Below, piece by piece: positions 34,719 through 43,461 of a DNA stretch of 64,000 nucleotides (within the stretch, counting starts at the first letter, position 1; every line of letters begins with the position of its first letter). A program made the position numbers and the translations under genes. This stretch comes from a virus. Location: positions 1 through 64,000 of IMG/VR virus record IMGVR_UViG_3300048915_000089, one strand, 5' to 3'. The notes beneath the pieces are model-generated. The model made no database searches. It saw nothing but the letters and a program-made list of their open reading frames with translations, and was not told where the DNA came from.

Positions 34719-36230
34719 GAAGATCACGATCACTTCGCCGTCCTCGCTCAGCGTCTTGTTGTAATTGTTAATCATGCCGGTGCCGCGCGTCTCGGCATAT
34801 TCGAGGCCGCATGTACCGGCGATCTCTTTCGCCGTCGACTCCAATGGATGCGTTTGATTGCCGATCTGCAACGCGAAGCTCGCGCTTGGCTTCAGCGCTC
34901 GCGCTACCGATTGGATCATCGGCGCATAAAATCCAGCCACCCATTTGTCGAAGTCCGGATAGAGCTTCCACGAACTCTCGTCGCCGCCGTACTTCTCAGT
35001 GTTGAAATACGGCGGGCTCGTCATGGCGAAATCGATCGATGCCGATTTCGGCTTGGCGCGTTCGAACGGCTCGCAAACAAGCTGAGCCGTCTTGTCGAAT
35101 GCGGCCAGCTTGCGGAGATCGCGGTACATGTCGTTAACGCCGCGATACGTCTTCGGGTCAACGTCATATCCGGTGTAGTGGCTCACGTTCTTTGCGAGCA
35201 GGAAGCCGAGCATGCGGCCGCCCCACCCATGGCACGGATCAAGCACGCTCGCGCCTGGCGTCGTGCAGAACTCGTCGTAAAGCGAGCGCGCGAGATCAAC
35301 TGGAAACTCACCCGGCAATCTGTGCCGATGAATCGCGAGCGTTTGGCCAAGCATCTTGTCCAGCTTCGGCTGGCCTTGGCATAGGAACATGAGCGACTTG
35401 ATAAACTCGTCGCGCCGGCCGCACGTCGCCAGAAAGTCGCTGAGCGACCCTTGCGTGTCGCCGTTGATGTCGACGCGGTGCGGCGTATAGGCCAGGGTGG
35501 CGGCAGACGGAATGCTGTTGCCGTAGAATCGCGCGCGCAGAAAGTAAACGGCGAGCGCGCCCTTCGTGTAGCTCGTCGAAACGAAGCCGAGAGACTCGCG
35601 CTTCGCCAAGATCCCGGTCCACTCTTTTGTCATCACTCGCCAGGCGCTCAGCAACACCGCCAGTTCGGCTTCGGTGAGATCGCGATCCTGTGCGCCGTCA
35701 CCGCCGGCCGGCGCTTGCGCCGTCTTGCCGTCGCCAAGGCCGGAGACGAATTCAACAAGTTCAAGCTCCGGAAAGCCGAGCAAGTCGAGATCGAAATTCA
35801 GCTTCTTCAATTCGACGACTTGGCCCTTCAAGATCGCTTCGTCCCATCCGGCCGTCAACGCGATCTGATTATCGGCGATCACGATCGCCATCTTGTCGGC
35901 GTCGGACAAGCCGGCGCGAACGACGACAGGCACTTCGTCGAGCCCGAGCAACATCGCCGCTTCGGCGCGGCCGTGACCGGCGAGAATCATATCGTGCTCG
36001 TCAATCAACATCGGCTGGGTGAAGCCGAATGTCTTGATAAGCTTCGCGAGCGTTTCGATCTGCGCTTGATCGTGCGTCCGCGGGTTGTTCGGATACGGTT
36101 TTAGCTCTGAGAGTTTGCGCCGCTCAGTCGGCCCCGCCATCCAGATCGCGAGGGACTTCGCGCCGTCCGACCACTCCGCAGTTTGAATCTGCACGGCTTT
36201 ACTTTTTGCAGCTTTGTCGGCTGAAGGCAT
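34698..36230 (-). CDS. ParB N-terminal domain fused to SAM-dependent DNA methyltransferase (N6-A/N4-C type)
   Basis: ParB segment LKPYPNNPRTHDQAQIETLAKLIKTFGFTQPMLIDEHDMILAGHGR. MTase motif I VLDPCHGWGGR and motif IV AMTSPPYFN. Confidence 0.85.
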   Translation of the reverse strand: MPSADKAAKSKAVQIQTAEWSDGAKSLAIWMAGPTERRKLSELKPYPNNPRTHDQAQIETLAKLIKTFGFTQPMLIDEHDMILAGHGRAEAAMLLGLDEVPVVVRAGLSDADKMAIVIADNQIALTAGWDEAILKGQVVELKKLNFDLDLLGFPELELVEFVSGLGDGKTAQAPAGGDGAQDRDLTEAELAVLLSAWRVMTKEWTGILAKRESLGFVSTSYTKGALAVYFLRARFYGNSIPSAATLAYTPHRVDINGDTQGSLSDFLATCGRRDEFIKSLMFLCQGQPKLDKMLGQTLAIHRHRLPGEFPVDLARSLYDEFCTTPGASVLDPCHGWGGRMLGFLLAKNVSHYTGYDVDPKTYRGVNDMYRDLRKLAAFDKTAQLVCEPFERAKPKSASIDFAMTSPPYFNTEKYGGDESSWKLYPDFDKWVAGFYAPMIQSVARALKPSASFALQIGNQTHPLESTAKEIAGTCGLEYAETRGTGMINNYNKTLSEDGEVIVIFKKKNPA

Positions 36231-36523
36231 GGCACGAATGTCCCTGTCAGGTTGATGTACTGTTGTTCAATGTACGCGGCGAAGCCGGCGTCAAAAGCCG
36301 GCTCGTCGAAGGGAACGTCTGGCACGTCGCAACAGCCACCGCCGCGATCAAGCTGCTCTTTCGTCCATTGCAGTTTGTACGCGCGCATGAACGTTCGAAC
36401 GTTTGGAATGCGCGGCCAGTAATTGAGCGCGTCCCTGGCCTTCGGCCCAAGCTTATCGAACATGCGCATTTGCGCATCGCTCTCAGCGGCCGTGCTTGAT
36501 AGCTCGCGCTGCATTCCGATCAT
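36101..36523 (-). CDS. Hypothetical protein
   Basis: ATGA overlap at 36520-36523. The 3' end overlaps the ParB-MTase start region by about 130 nt, so the true end is uncertain. Confidence 0.45.
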   Translation of the reverse strand: MIGMQRELSSTAAESDAQMRMFDKLGPKARDALNYWPRIPNVRTFMRAYKLQWTKEQLDRGGGCCDVPDVPFDEPAFDAGFAAYIEQQYINLTGTFVPCLQPTKLQKVKPCRFKLRSGRTARSPSRSGWRGRLSGANSQS

Positions 36524-36747
36524 GCGTGAGCCTTTTGTTTCTCGACACGATCGCGCAACGCTTCGATCGCGGCATCTTCGGAACCAAATTCGGCAATCCA
36601 TCCACCTATGACAGCATCGAGCGCCGCCGCAGATAAGCCGTCACGATTAAAATATAGCGCGTACAAAGTGAGGCACTGCACGCGCTCATTGCTCGTCATG
36701 CGCTCAACTGGCAGAGAGAAAAACATTTCGATCGGACGCGGCGTCAT
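36520..36747 (-). CDS. Hypothetical protein
   Basis: ATGA overlaps on both sides. Confidence 0.45.
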   Translation of the reverse strand: MTPRPIEMFFSLPVERMTSNERVQCLTLYALYFNRDGLSAAALDAVIGGWIAEFGSEDAAIEALRDRVEKQKAHA

Positions 36748-36977
36748 CTTGTCATCTCAGCTTCGATCAGAGCGCGCGCCGATCGTGCAGCGCCGATCAT
36801 GGCTTCACAGACGTTGCCGCGCTTCGCATTCTCGCATACGCAAGGCCGGCAGTTCGCTCGCCGGCAAATCACATAAGCGATTCTTGTGCTCAGCGTTACC
36901 TCGCGCGGCGGCGCCACAGCAAGAGCCGCCTTGCGCTTGTCTCGTCGACTCGGCCCTATGCGATTCGCGTTCACCAT
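36744..36977 (-). CDS. Hypothetical Cys-rich small protein
   Basis: Internal ATG at 36977 overlapping the stop of 36971-37198. Contains VICRRANCRPCVCENAKRGNVCE. The upstream part of the track ORF is Arg-rich and looks non-coding. Confidence 0.3.
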   Translation of the reverse strand: MVNANRIGPSRRDKRKAALAVAPPREVTLSTRIAYVICRRANCRPCVCENAKRGNVCEAMIGAARSARALIEAEMTR

Positions 36978-37198
36978 TGATCGGCAATCCCCGCGCCGAT
37001 GCAATGCTGTTTGATATGCGCGAATGCTTCGGCAAGCACAGCGCGGCCGTCGAAGTTTCGCTTTGCCGTCTCGTTTCGTCGTATCGATCGCATACCGGCG
37101 CGCGTCCATTCGTGAGGCCAATGCGTCAAATATCCCGCGTCGATTAGCACGGCCATCGAAGGCGCGGAAATGCTCTCGTCGTTTCTGTGCAACCGCAC
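36971..37198 (-). CDS. Hypothetical protein
   Basis: More protein-like composition than the competing frames. Fits the stop/start chain. Confidence 0.35.
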   Translation of the reverse strand: MRLHRNDESISAPSMAVLIDAGYLTHWPHEWTRAGMRSIRRNETAKRNFDGRAVLAEAFAHIKQHCIGAGIADQW

Positions 37199-37216
37199 GG
37201 CGCAAGCTCCGGAATG

Positions 37217-37504
37217 TCACCCATCGCACAGCCGCCGACACGCCTGCGCGGAAAGCCGATCTATAGCCCTACGCCCAATCGGGGGGTCACCAAACAGGAA
37301 CGCTTGAAAGTCTGCCCAGCACAGCGGCCCGTCGCGGTGCGGATTGTACTTCGCGTCGCGGACGTATTCGGCGAAAGGGATAGGCTGCTCTCTCACGACA
37401 TGCCGGCCGGCGGCGATCGCGTCCCGCCGCTCGCGCGCATACTGCCGTTTGTGCGCAAGGTCTTCTTCGCGACTCCGGTAGTTTGTGCGAGGACGGCCCG
37501 CCAT
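37217..37504 (-). CDS. Hypothetical protein
   Basis: Start taken at MAGRPRTNY (37504). The upstream extension is Arg/Ser-rich. Confidence 0.4.
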   Translation of the reverse strand: MAGRPRTNYRSREEDLAHKRQYARERRDAIAAGRHVVREQPIPFAEYVRDAKYNPHRDGPLCWADFQAFLFGDPPIGRRAIDRLSAQACRRLCDG

Positions 37505-37607
37505 ACTGGTATCACTCGCTTTGCTTTCTCTGGCGCAACTTCTCCGCCTCTTCCTCGAGACGCACCAGGCGCGCGACGAGCTCTGCACCGCGGCCGATCG
37601 CCAGAAC

Positions 37608-37635
37608 GTCCGGCACGCTCAAAATGTCCGGCACG
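37608..37635. repeat. Direct repeat GTCCGGCACG x2 (18-bp register) in an intergenic region
   Basis: Copies at 37608-37617 and 37626-37635, next to AT-rich GTATATCGAT. Lies upstream of gene 37217-37504. Confidence 0.45.
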
Positions 37636-37660
37636 TCGTATATCGATCTCCGGCTCGCCT

Positions 37661-38209
37661 TCATTTCTGCGGCTTCTGTCCGATCATGAGCGCTTCGAAG
37701 GGCGGCATATTCGGAGATCGCGCCATTTCCATGATCTTGACGTTGAGTCGACCGTTCGTTGCGGCGTCGATCGCGGCCTTCAGCACTGGCGACGACGTTG
37801 AGATACCGACGACGTGCTCAGTGTTGAGGAACGGCTTTTCCAGCCGCGTTTGCCAGTGCGCCGACTCGAAGGCGTTGTCGAAGTTCAATTGCAGATCGCC
37901 GCAAAGCAAGTCTTCGGCGCAATAGATCACGACTTCGACTTTGTCTTTAGTGAGCAGCAACGCCGTGAGATCGTTGATCTCTTTCTGATCCAACTCTTCC
38001 CACTGCCTGGCAGCTTGCCGCCGCTCTCTCTGCGGCAAAGAATCAAGCGGCAAATTCTTCGCAAGGGGCTTACCTTCCGCGTTGATCGTCACCGTGGGCT
38101 GATAGAACACGGGCGTCGGCTTGTAGTGCGTCGCGACGAGAAACGAGACAAGCGCGGCGATCGCGCCGCATGCGCACCAATTGACTACCGTCTTCCAATA
38201 CGAACCCAT
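37661..38209 (-). CDS. N-terminally membrane-anchored protein
   Basis: ATG at 38209 with RBS GAGGGAGA. Helix VVNWCACGAIAALVSFLVA. Confidence 0.55.
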   Translation of the reverse strand: MGSYWKTVVNWCACGAIAALVSFLVATHYKPTPVFYQPTVTINAEGKPLAKNLPLDSLPQRERRQAARQWEELDQKEINDLTALLLTKDKVEVVIYCAEDLLCGDLQLNFDNAFESAHWQTRLEKPFLNTEHVVGISTSSPVLKAAIDAATNGRLNVKIMEMARSPNMPPFEALMIGQKPQK

Positions 38210-38238
38210 CGCGAATCTCCCTCTGATCTGTAGACCTG

Positions 38239-38269
38239 AAAAAGGCCGGCGCAACTTAATACGCCGGCC
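38239..38269 (-). terminator. Rho-independent terminator inside the minus block
   Basis: GGCCGGCG (38244-38251) pairs with CGCCGGCC (38262-38269). On the minus strand it is followed by TTTTT (A-run 38239-38243). Confidence 0.6.
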
Positions 38270-38296
38270 CTTTCCTTAGTTCAATCCGTTTGAAGA

Positions 38297-38719
38297 TCAG
38301 CCCTGCGGCTGATCGGCGCCCTTGCTGGCGTCCGTGTTCGCCGGGGTAGCAGCCTGCAACTGCACGGCCGTATCGTGCAGATCGGCCGTCGCCTGGGTGA
38401 GCGCGGCGAGGTCTTCAGCACTGGACGTGCCGGCGTTGACCTTGTTCTGCAGTTCGTTCGCCTGCTGTTTGAGGGTGGCCGTCTGGCCGACAAGCTGCTG
38501 AAGAGCAGCGGCGGAAGCTTGCGCAATCGACTTCATATTCTTGACTTCGTCGATCATCGCCTGTGCCTGTGCGGAAATCATATCTAGCTTCTCCTGGGTT
38601 TCTTTGTGTTGACGGGATTGCTCGCGGCCGTTCGACTCGACGAGGGCTTTGAGCTCTTCAATCGATGCATGCGCGCGATCGTGGTGTCTACTCAAAAAGT
38701 CGAAGACTGAGAATTTCAT
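38297..38719 (-). CDS. Coiled-coil protein
   Basis: ATGA overlap with the GIY-YIG stop. Gln/Ala-rich heptad-like sequence. Confidence 0.55.
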   Translation of the reverse strand: MKFSVFDFLSRHHDRAHASIEELKALVESNGREQSRQHKETQEKLDMISAQAQAMIDEVKNMKSIAQASAAALQQLVGQTATLKQQANELQNKVNAGTSSAEDLAALTQATADLHDTAVQLQAATPANTDASKGADQPQG

Positions 38720-39033
38720 CGCACGCCTCCATCGATTGTTACTGCGCACGGCGCGGGCCGGCGCTTTGTTTGCGGATTACAGATCGGGCACAGCGGCCTG
38801 GCGCTACGGCCCTTTAGCCTGTTCTCATACTTGCGAGGGACGCCAAGCCATACCCTGGCCAGCTTTAGCTCACTTCCGGCGTTGACTGCGGCGCGGCACA
38901 ACACAGCGCCGCGCCCTGTTCTATGCTCTTCGATACGCTCGTCAACATCGTTGCGCGTCGTGTAACCGATATAGTGCGCCGCGTGCTTATACGCCGGTTC
39001 AATGTGAATCAGGTAAACGTTGCTCCCGCTCAC
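38716..39033 (-). CDS. GIY-YIG nuclease domain protein
   Basis: VYLIHIEP...HYIGYTTRNDVDERIEEHRTGRGA...ENRLK plus C-terminal CPICN. GTGA overlap upstream. Confidence 0.7.
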   Translation of the reverse strand: MSGSNVYLIHIEPAYKHAAHYIGYTTRNDVDERIEEHRTGRGAVLCRAAVNAGSELKLARVWLGVPRKYENRLKGRSARPLCPICNPQTKRRPAPCAVTIDGGVR

Positions 39034-39413
39034 TGCGCGCGCTTTCCGTGATACGACGCGAGGATCGCTTCGTAAGTGTCGAAGTCGCCGGACATCAGAG
39101 CGTCGAAGATGCGCCGCTTATCTTCCATGCTGTAGCGATCCGGCGTCAACGAACAACGGCAGTTCGGTGTGAAGTGAAGCCATGGCACTGGCGTAACGGG
39201 CAATTCGCCCCAACTGTCGAAGCGCAGCGGATCCTCGTCGCCGCTTTTAATAGGGATGCGCTGTCGACGGCCGCGCCGATCGCCGCAGTCGTCATGCTCG
39301 CGCTCAATGCGCATCACGGGCAAGATCAGCACAAGCGCCGACTCGGCTTTCGTCTCGCGAGGCCGCGGATTGCCGCTAAACGCTATGACTTGCGCAGTCA
39401 CTACCGACTCCAT
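39030..39413 (-). CDS. Hypothetical protein
   Basis: Start uncertain (39413 or 39449). Confidence 0.45.
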   Translation of the reverse strand: MESVVTAQVIAFSGNPRPRETKAESALVLILPVMRIEREHDDCGDRRGRRQRIPIKSGDEDPLRFDSWGELPVTPVPWLHFTPNCRCSLTPDRYSMEDKRRIFDALMSGDFDTYEAILASYHGKRAQ

Positions 39414-39661
39414 TGAAGCGGCGGAAGCCACCCGGCGAAATACGCCCACGCGAGCAGTAACACTAAGGCCGTGGTGACGATATGGAAGACGATCACGAGT
39501 CCGGCCTGATCTGACGGCTCAGCGAAGATGCCCCGGCCGAAGCCGAGCACCCAGCCCGCGACGATAACGGGCGACGTGAGAAAGCTCACAACGACGAAGT
39601 AAAGCGCCGGCAAAGCCGCCAGCGAAGAAAGGAAACTGAACGTCTCCGCTACCGCTCTCAT
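39401..39661 (-). CDS. Small multi-TM membrane protein
   Basis: Three hydrophobic segments. Confidence 0.5.
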   Translation of the reverse strand: MRAVAETFSFLSSLAALPALYFVVVSFLTSPVIVAGWVLGFGRGIFAEPSDQAGLVIVFHIVTTALVLLLAWAYFAGWLPPLQWSR

Positions 39662-40083
39662 TTCGGCACCTTGCTCATATCAACGCGGCTGTAGTCAACC
39701 TGCAGGCCGCGCCGAATGTCGGAAGGGGTGATTCTCAAATCTTCGATGTTGATCGTGATGCCTGGCGCAACACCGTAATCAACGCCCACCCACTCAAAAA
39801 CCGCCGCTGGGTAAGTTGCTGTCCGGAACGCTTCGGTCATCCACCAGTCGTGCGAGCGCTGCGCTGCGCGCGTCCAGCCTTTGGCGTATATGAGAACGCT
39901 ATCCCAGCCGCTCACAGTGATGCCGATAAGCTGCATGCCGAATTGCGAGTAAACGAAGACGGGTTCGAGCTCAGACACCCACAAGCCGAGCAGGCGCCGG
40001 CGCTCGTCTTCCTGCTCGCGCAAGAAGTTCTTCACAGCCTCCCACGCCGCAAGTCTTCCAAGTTCGTTCAATGGCAAAGCCAT
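39658..40083 (-). CDS. Hypothetical protein
   Basis: Start at MALPLNELG (40083). ATGA-type coupling downstream. Confidence 0.5.
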   Translation of the reverse strand: MALPLNELGRLAAWEAVKNFLREQEDERRRLLGLWVSELEPVFVYSQFGMQLIGITVSGWDSVLIYAKGWTRAAQRSHDWWMTEAFRTATYPAAVFEWVGVDYGVAPGITINIEDLRITPSDIRRGLQVDYSRVDMSKVPK

Positions 40084-40259
40084 CACTGCACCTCGTCGCG
40101 GCATCGCGCGCGCTGATATGGACTGAGCGACTTGGCCATGCACGCCGATCGTTCGGCCGTCGTCACCGGCTTGTCGGCGACGTAGCGCGCAAAGCCGAAC
40201 GCCAAGCCCAGCATGAGCAGCCACGATCCGAAGGCCAGGCCGCGCGCAATCGCTGTCAT
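40083..40259 (-). CDS. Small single-TM protein, paralogue A
   Basis: MTAIARGLAFGSWLLMLGLAFGF...ERSACMAKSLSPYQRARCRDE. ATGA overlap with paralogue B. Confidence 0.5.
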   Translation of the reverse strand: MTAIARGLAFGSWLLMLGLAFGFARYVADKPVTTAERSACMAKSLSPYQRARCRDEVQ

Positions 40260-40456
40260 CGGAACTCGCGCATACAGCGCGCCTTCTGCACTGGCAACAT
40301 CGCTTGCCGCAAGCACGTCGCTTGATCCGGCGCGTCGACTCTGCGCTCTGATTCGTACCACGCGAAGCCGAGAAGAAACGCCAGCACGCCGACCCATGCC
40401 CAATTGAGAACGGCGACGATCGCGCGCCTAGTCCAGCGCCGGGTCATAGCTCCCAC
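40256..40456 (-). CDS. Small single-TM protein, paralogue B
   Basis: ...AIVAVLNWAWVGVLAFLLGF...DQATCLRQAMLPVQKARCMRE shares architecture and the C-X11-12-ARC motif with paralogue A. Confidence 0.5.
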   Translation of the reverse strand: MGAMTRRWTRRAIVAVLNWAWVGVLAFLLGFAWYESERRVDAPDQATCLRQAMLPVQKARCMREFR

Positions 40457-40851
40457 CCATAGGTAACGGCAGCGAAGCGGCGAAGAGCCGCGCTTGCGTA
40501 CTCTGCAGCTTCGCGCATTGAAGCAAAGGCGGGTTCAAACGGCACTCTGTCGCTTTGCTTACGCGCGATCTCGACAAGCGCGCTGATATCCGTGTCGCGG
40601 TCAACAGCCGGCCGGAAGCAAACTATGTCGAATGAAAGGTTCATCTTGCCGCGCGGCGGATACTCGACAAGGCTGATTTGCGTCATTTCGCAAAATGCGG
40701 AAGTCGTGAAGCCGTCGACTGTATAGACGCCGTGCAATGCCGGCATCGGCAAGAATGCCGCGCAAGCTGCCAACGTCATTGGGCAGCGATTCCAATCGTC
40801 GCGAATGCAAACGACTTTCTGACTTCTGCGATAAATGCCGGACATTCGCAC
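40444..40851 (-). CDS. Hypothetical protein
   Basis: 135-aa ORF in the operon chain. Confidence 0.5.
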   Translation of the reverse strand: MRMSGIYRRSQKVVCIRDDWNRCPMTLAACAAFLPMPALHGVYTVDGFTTSAFCEMTQISLVEYPPRGKMNLSFDIVCFRPAVDRDTDISALVEIARKQSDRVPFEPAFASMREAAEYASAALRRFAAVTYGWEL

Positions 40852-41017
40852 GTCGCCTTCAAAAAGAGCGGAGCCGGTGCGAGCGTTTCACGCGCTGGCC
40901 CTAACCCAGCAGCCCGGCTCCCTCGGGGAGAACTCAGACTCAGCAATAGTCACACCAAAAGCCGGGTGCAAGCTGGCCCCTGCCGGATTGCAGGGGCCGC
41001 TACCAGTGCGCCCGCGC

Positions 41018-41641
41018 TTATCCGACTACGGGACCGTTCCGCTGATCGGCCGGCTGTTGCACGGGGCCGCGCGGCGTGCGCCGAACAGCCACAACGTTGT
41101 CGTCGGCGTCCATGTCCGTGTGGATCGTGTCGCCGGTAATCGGCTCGATGCGGTCAACGGTGCGATAGACTGAGCCGGTCTTGACGCCAGCATTCGTCCT
41201 GTCGGCCGGCAAGCTCGCACCGCTTCCGCCGAAGCCTTCAGCGCGCGAAGCGTCCGGCTCTGGCACCTTGCCGCCAGCGCCAGCGCTCAGCGCGTCGGAC
41301 GGATGCATTTTGTGGCCGCTCATGTCGCGGCCGCCCGCCGGGTTGCCGTGCTCTTCGGCTGCAGCGGCAGACATCGTGCCGCCAAGCGACGGGCGATCGG
41401 CGGGCTTGTTCGGCGTCTCGCCTGGCCCGAGGTTCGTCTGCGTTCCGGACAAGCCGGCTTCGACTGAGCCGATCAGTTCGTTTTTAACCTCGCGCAGATG
41501 CGCAACGAACGCGTCGCGATCTGCTGAGCTTCCGATGCCGGCAATGGCGCTCGCGATCGTGTCGAGAAGCGCATGCATGGACTGGTGACGATTCGGGTTT
41601 GCGCCGATGATATGAACGGCGTCGCGAAGATCGATTGGCAT
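41018..41641 (-). CDS. Hypothetical protein (Gly/Ala/Pro-rich, low-complexity middle)
   Basis: RBS AGGAGA upstream of the ATG at 41641. Confidence 0.5.
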   Translation of the reverse strand: MPIDLRDAVHIIGANPNRHQSMHALLDTIASAIAGIGSSADRDAFVAHLREVKNELIGSVEAGLSGTQTNLGPGETPNKPADRPSLGGTMSAAAAEEHGNPAGGRDMSGHKMHPSDALSAGAGGKVPEPDASRAEGFGGSGASLPADRTNAGVKTGSVYRTVDRIEPITGDTIHTDMDADDNVVAVRRTPRGPVQQPADQRNGPVVG

Positions 41642-41694
41642 TTTGTGTCTCCTGGGGTGTTTCGAGTTGGGCAGTTCTGCAAATCGCCGACGAG

Positions 41695-41967
41695 CTACTT
41701 CACTTCGTTCGGCTTCGCGGGCTCAGGCTCAGGAAACGTGCCCCGCTGTGCAAGCGAAGCGCGGCGCGCTTCAGCTTCTTCTTTCACACGCTCAGCGGGG
41801 TCAAACGGCTCTGACCAAACGAAGTTCCCGTGGCCCGTGTGAATCTTCTCGCGAATGTAGTGCGGCGGCACTACCCGCTTCTCGTCGGCGTCGTTGGCGA
41901 TCGTGCCTGCAGCGGTAGCCGGCCGCGACAGCGCCGCTGATACGTCCGTCTGTGGCTTTTCGTCCAT
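41695..41967 (-). CDS. Hypothetical protein
   Basis: Internal ATG at 41967 with strong RBS AAAGGAGGAG. The upstream part of the 206-aa track ORF overlaps gene 42047-42328 in another frame. Confidence 0.5.
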   Translation of the reverse strand: MDEKPQTDVSAALSRPATAAGTIANDADEKRVVPPHYIREKIHTGHGNFVWSEPFDPAERVKEEAEARRASLAQRGTFPEPEPAKPNEVK

Positions 41968-42046
41968 CGTGGTCTCTCCTCCTTTGCGATGCATGGTGCA
42001 TCGCGCACCAAAATCGACGAGAGCGGCCGAAGTGTCAAGGTGTCGC

Positions 42047-42328
42047 TTACTGGCCGTGTCCGCGCGCGTGCATCTGCAGCCACTCGCGATCTTCGTCGCT
42101 GAGCCACGCCGCATGGTCAACGACAATGCTTTGCACGCCAGCAAGCTCGCGCAGCGCATAGCGCGGATGACAGACGAGATCAGTTCGGCCGACTCGGCGC
42201 GCGAGCTCTTTCGCATGTTCGGCGTTGTCCGTGCACCAAATGAAGTGAGCGCCGCGCGGCGCATCGAGCATGAGTCGTGATGTCCGGCCGGTGCCGCCTT
42301 CCGGACGGATGCCAACGTTAGCCGCCAT
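42047..42328 (-). CDS. Hypothetical protein
   Basis: Protein-like composition. Fits the operon chain. Confidence 0.5.
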   Translation of the reverse strand: MAANVGIRPEGGTGRTSRLMLDAPRGAHFIWCTDNAEHAKELARRVGRTDLVCHPRYALRELAGVQSIVVDHAAWLSDEDREWLQMHARGHGQ

Positions 42329-42644
42329 TGTCGTCGCCCTCCCTTCGCTTCAGTGCAGCCGCGCGTCTGCGCGCTTTACGATTCGTCACTCCAAGCCGCT
42401 CCGGCTCTTTCGGATCACGCTGCAGCGGCTTGCGGTCCTCTAAACGCTCTTTGCGCATCGCGTGCTCAGTGTCCGCGTGCGCCTGCAGCGCGTCATACTC
42501 GGCCGCGCCGAAGCGCGTCACTTCGTCGACGAAGAAAACTGGTGGTTCTAGGGTCTTGTCGTCGTGCTCAACAAACATGCGACGCACCCAATTGCCGTCG
42601 TTCGTCGGAGCGCCAGTCACCAGCACGATCTCGCGGGCTCGCAT
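42318..42644 (-). CDS. Hypothetical protein
   Basis: ORF chain. Basic C-terminus. Confidence 0.5.
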   Translation of the reverse strand: MRAREIVLVTGAPTNDGNWVRRMFVEHDDKTLEPPVFFVDEVTRFGAAEYDALQAHADTEHAMRKERLEDRKPLQRDPKEPERLGVTNRKARRRAAALKRREGDDNGG

Positions 42645-42645
42645 T

Positions 42646-43461
42646 TTAGTTCTTGCTCCCGTTGCCAGGCAGGATCAGTTTGCCTCTTGTCGCCGGCTCG
42701 CCGTCCGGCGTGAGCACTTTGCGCACGCCGCCAGCGACCGCGCGCTCAATGTTGCGCCGCCTGGCGCCTTCCGCCATCAACATCTTGCCAGCGGCAATCG
42801 CGTCTTCGCTGCTAAAGGCATAAATCGTTTCGATATCCGTTTCGTGGTTCAAGATCAGCAGCACGCCTTTCGTGCCCTGCGCATGTCCGACGACATACTT
42901 GCCAGCCAGCGTTGCCGCCGCGAGCTCAGCGCCAGCGTTCGCCGCGTTCGCCGTCGCTTTCTTCTTCGCCGCTTGCGCGACAGTGAGCAAGTCGACGAGC
43001 AGCGGGAACGTGACGTGCAACTGCACGCGCTGCGTTGCTGTCGTCGCCTGGATTAGCGCGTCTTGTCCGTCTTCGGAGACGCCCCATGCGTCAATGCTCT
43101 TCAGCGCCATGACCGGAAGCTTTGGCGTGCCGTCGTCGCTCATACTGCTCTCCTCGTAAAGCTGCTCAGCTTCTTCGCGCGTCAACGGGGCGCCGCCGAT
43201 CGCCGCGCGGACTTGGTCAAGCGCGATCGAGTCGCTAACGCCCTCGCCCTTGATAGCGATGCAATTTTTGGTGAACAGCCAAAATGTATAGGAACGGCCC
43301 CCTACGCGATAATCGTTGTGGACGGCGACTGTCCAGCCCCGCGCGCGGAGATCGTCCGGAGACGCCGCGGCGTCGCGTGCAGAAAGCGCGGCCTTCGCCG
43401 CAGCCGCATCTAGGTAAGCAAAAGGCGTCGCCTCGAAGCCACGCGCACGCCGGAGGCTCAA
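42646..43461 (-). CDS. Hypothetical protein
   Basis: 271 aa, no domain recognised. Confidence 0.55.
   Translation of the reverse strand: MSLRRARGFEATPFAYLDAAAAKAALSARDAAASPDDLRARGWTVAVHNDYRVGGRSYTFWLFTKNCIAIKGEGVSDSIALDQVRAAIGGAPLTREEAEQLYEESSMSDDGTPKLPVMALKSIDAWGVSEDGQDALIQATTATQRVQLHVTFPLLVDLLTVAQAAKKKATANAANAGAELAAATLAGKYVVGHAQGTKGVLLILNHETDIETIYAFSSEDAIAAGKMLMAEGARRRNIERAVAGGVRKVLTPDGEPATRGKLILPGNGSKN

Noticed and set aside
36608-37147. 179-aa plus-strand ORF and the competing minus ORF 36744-37241 (165 aa).
   Set aside because: Both are Arg/Ser-rich. The region is better tiled by short minus-strand ORFs with overlapping stop/start codons (36744-36977 and 36971-37198), although confidence in those is itself low.
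41695-42315. 206-aa track ORF.
   Set aside because: It is better explained as two genes in different frames: 41695-41967, with a strong RBS, and 42047-42328. The upstream half of the long ORF has junk-like composition.
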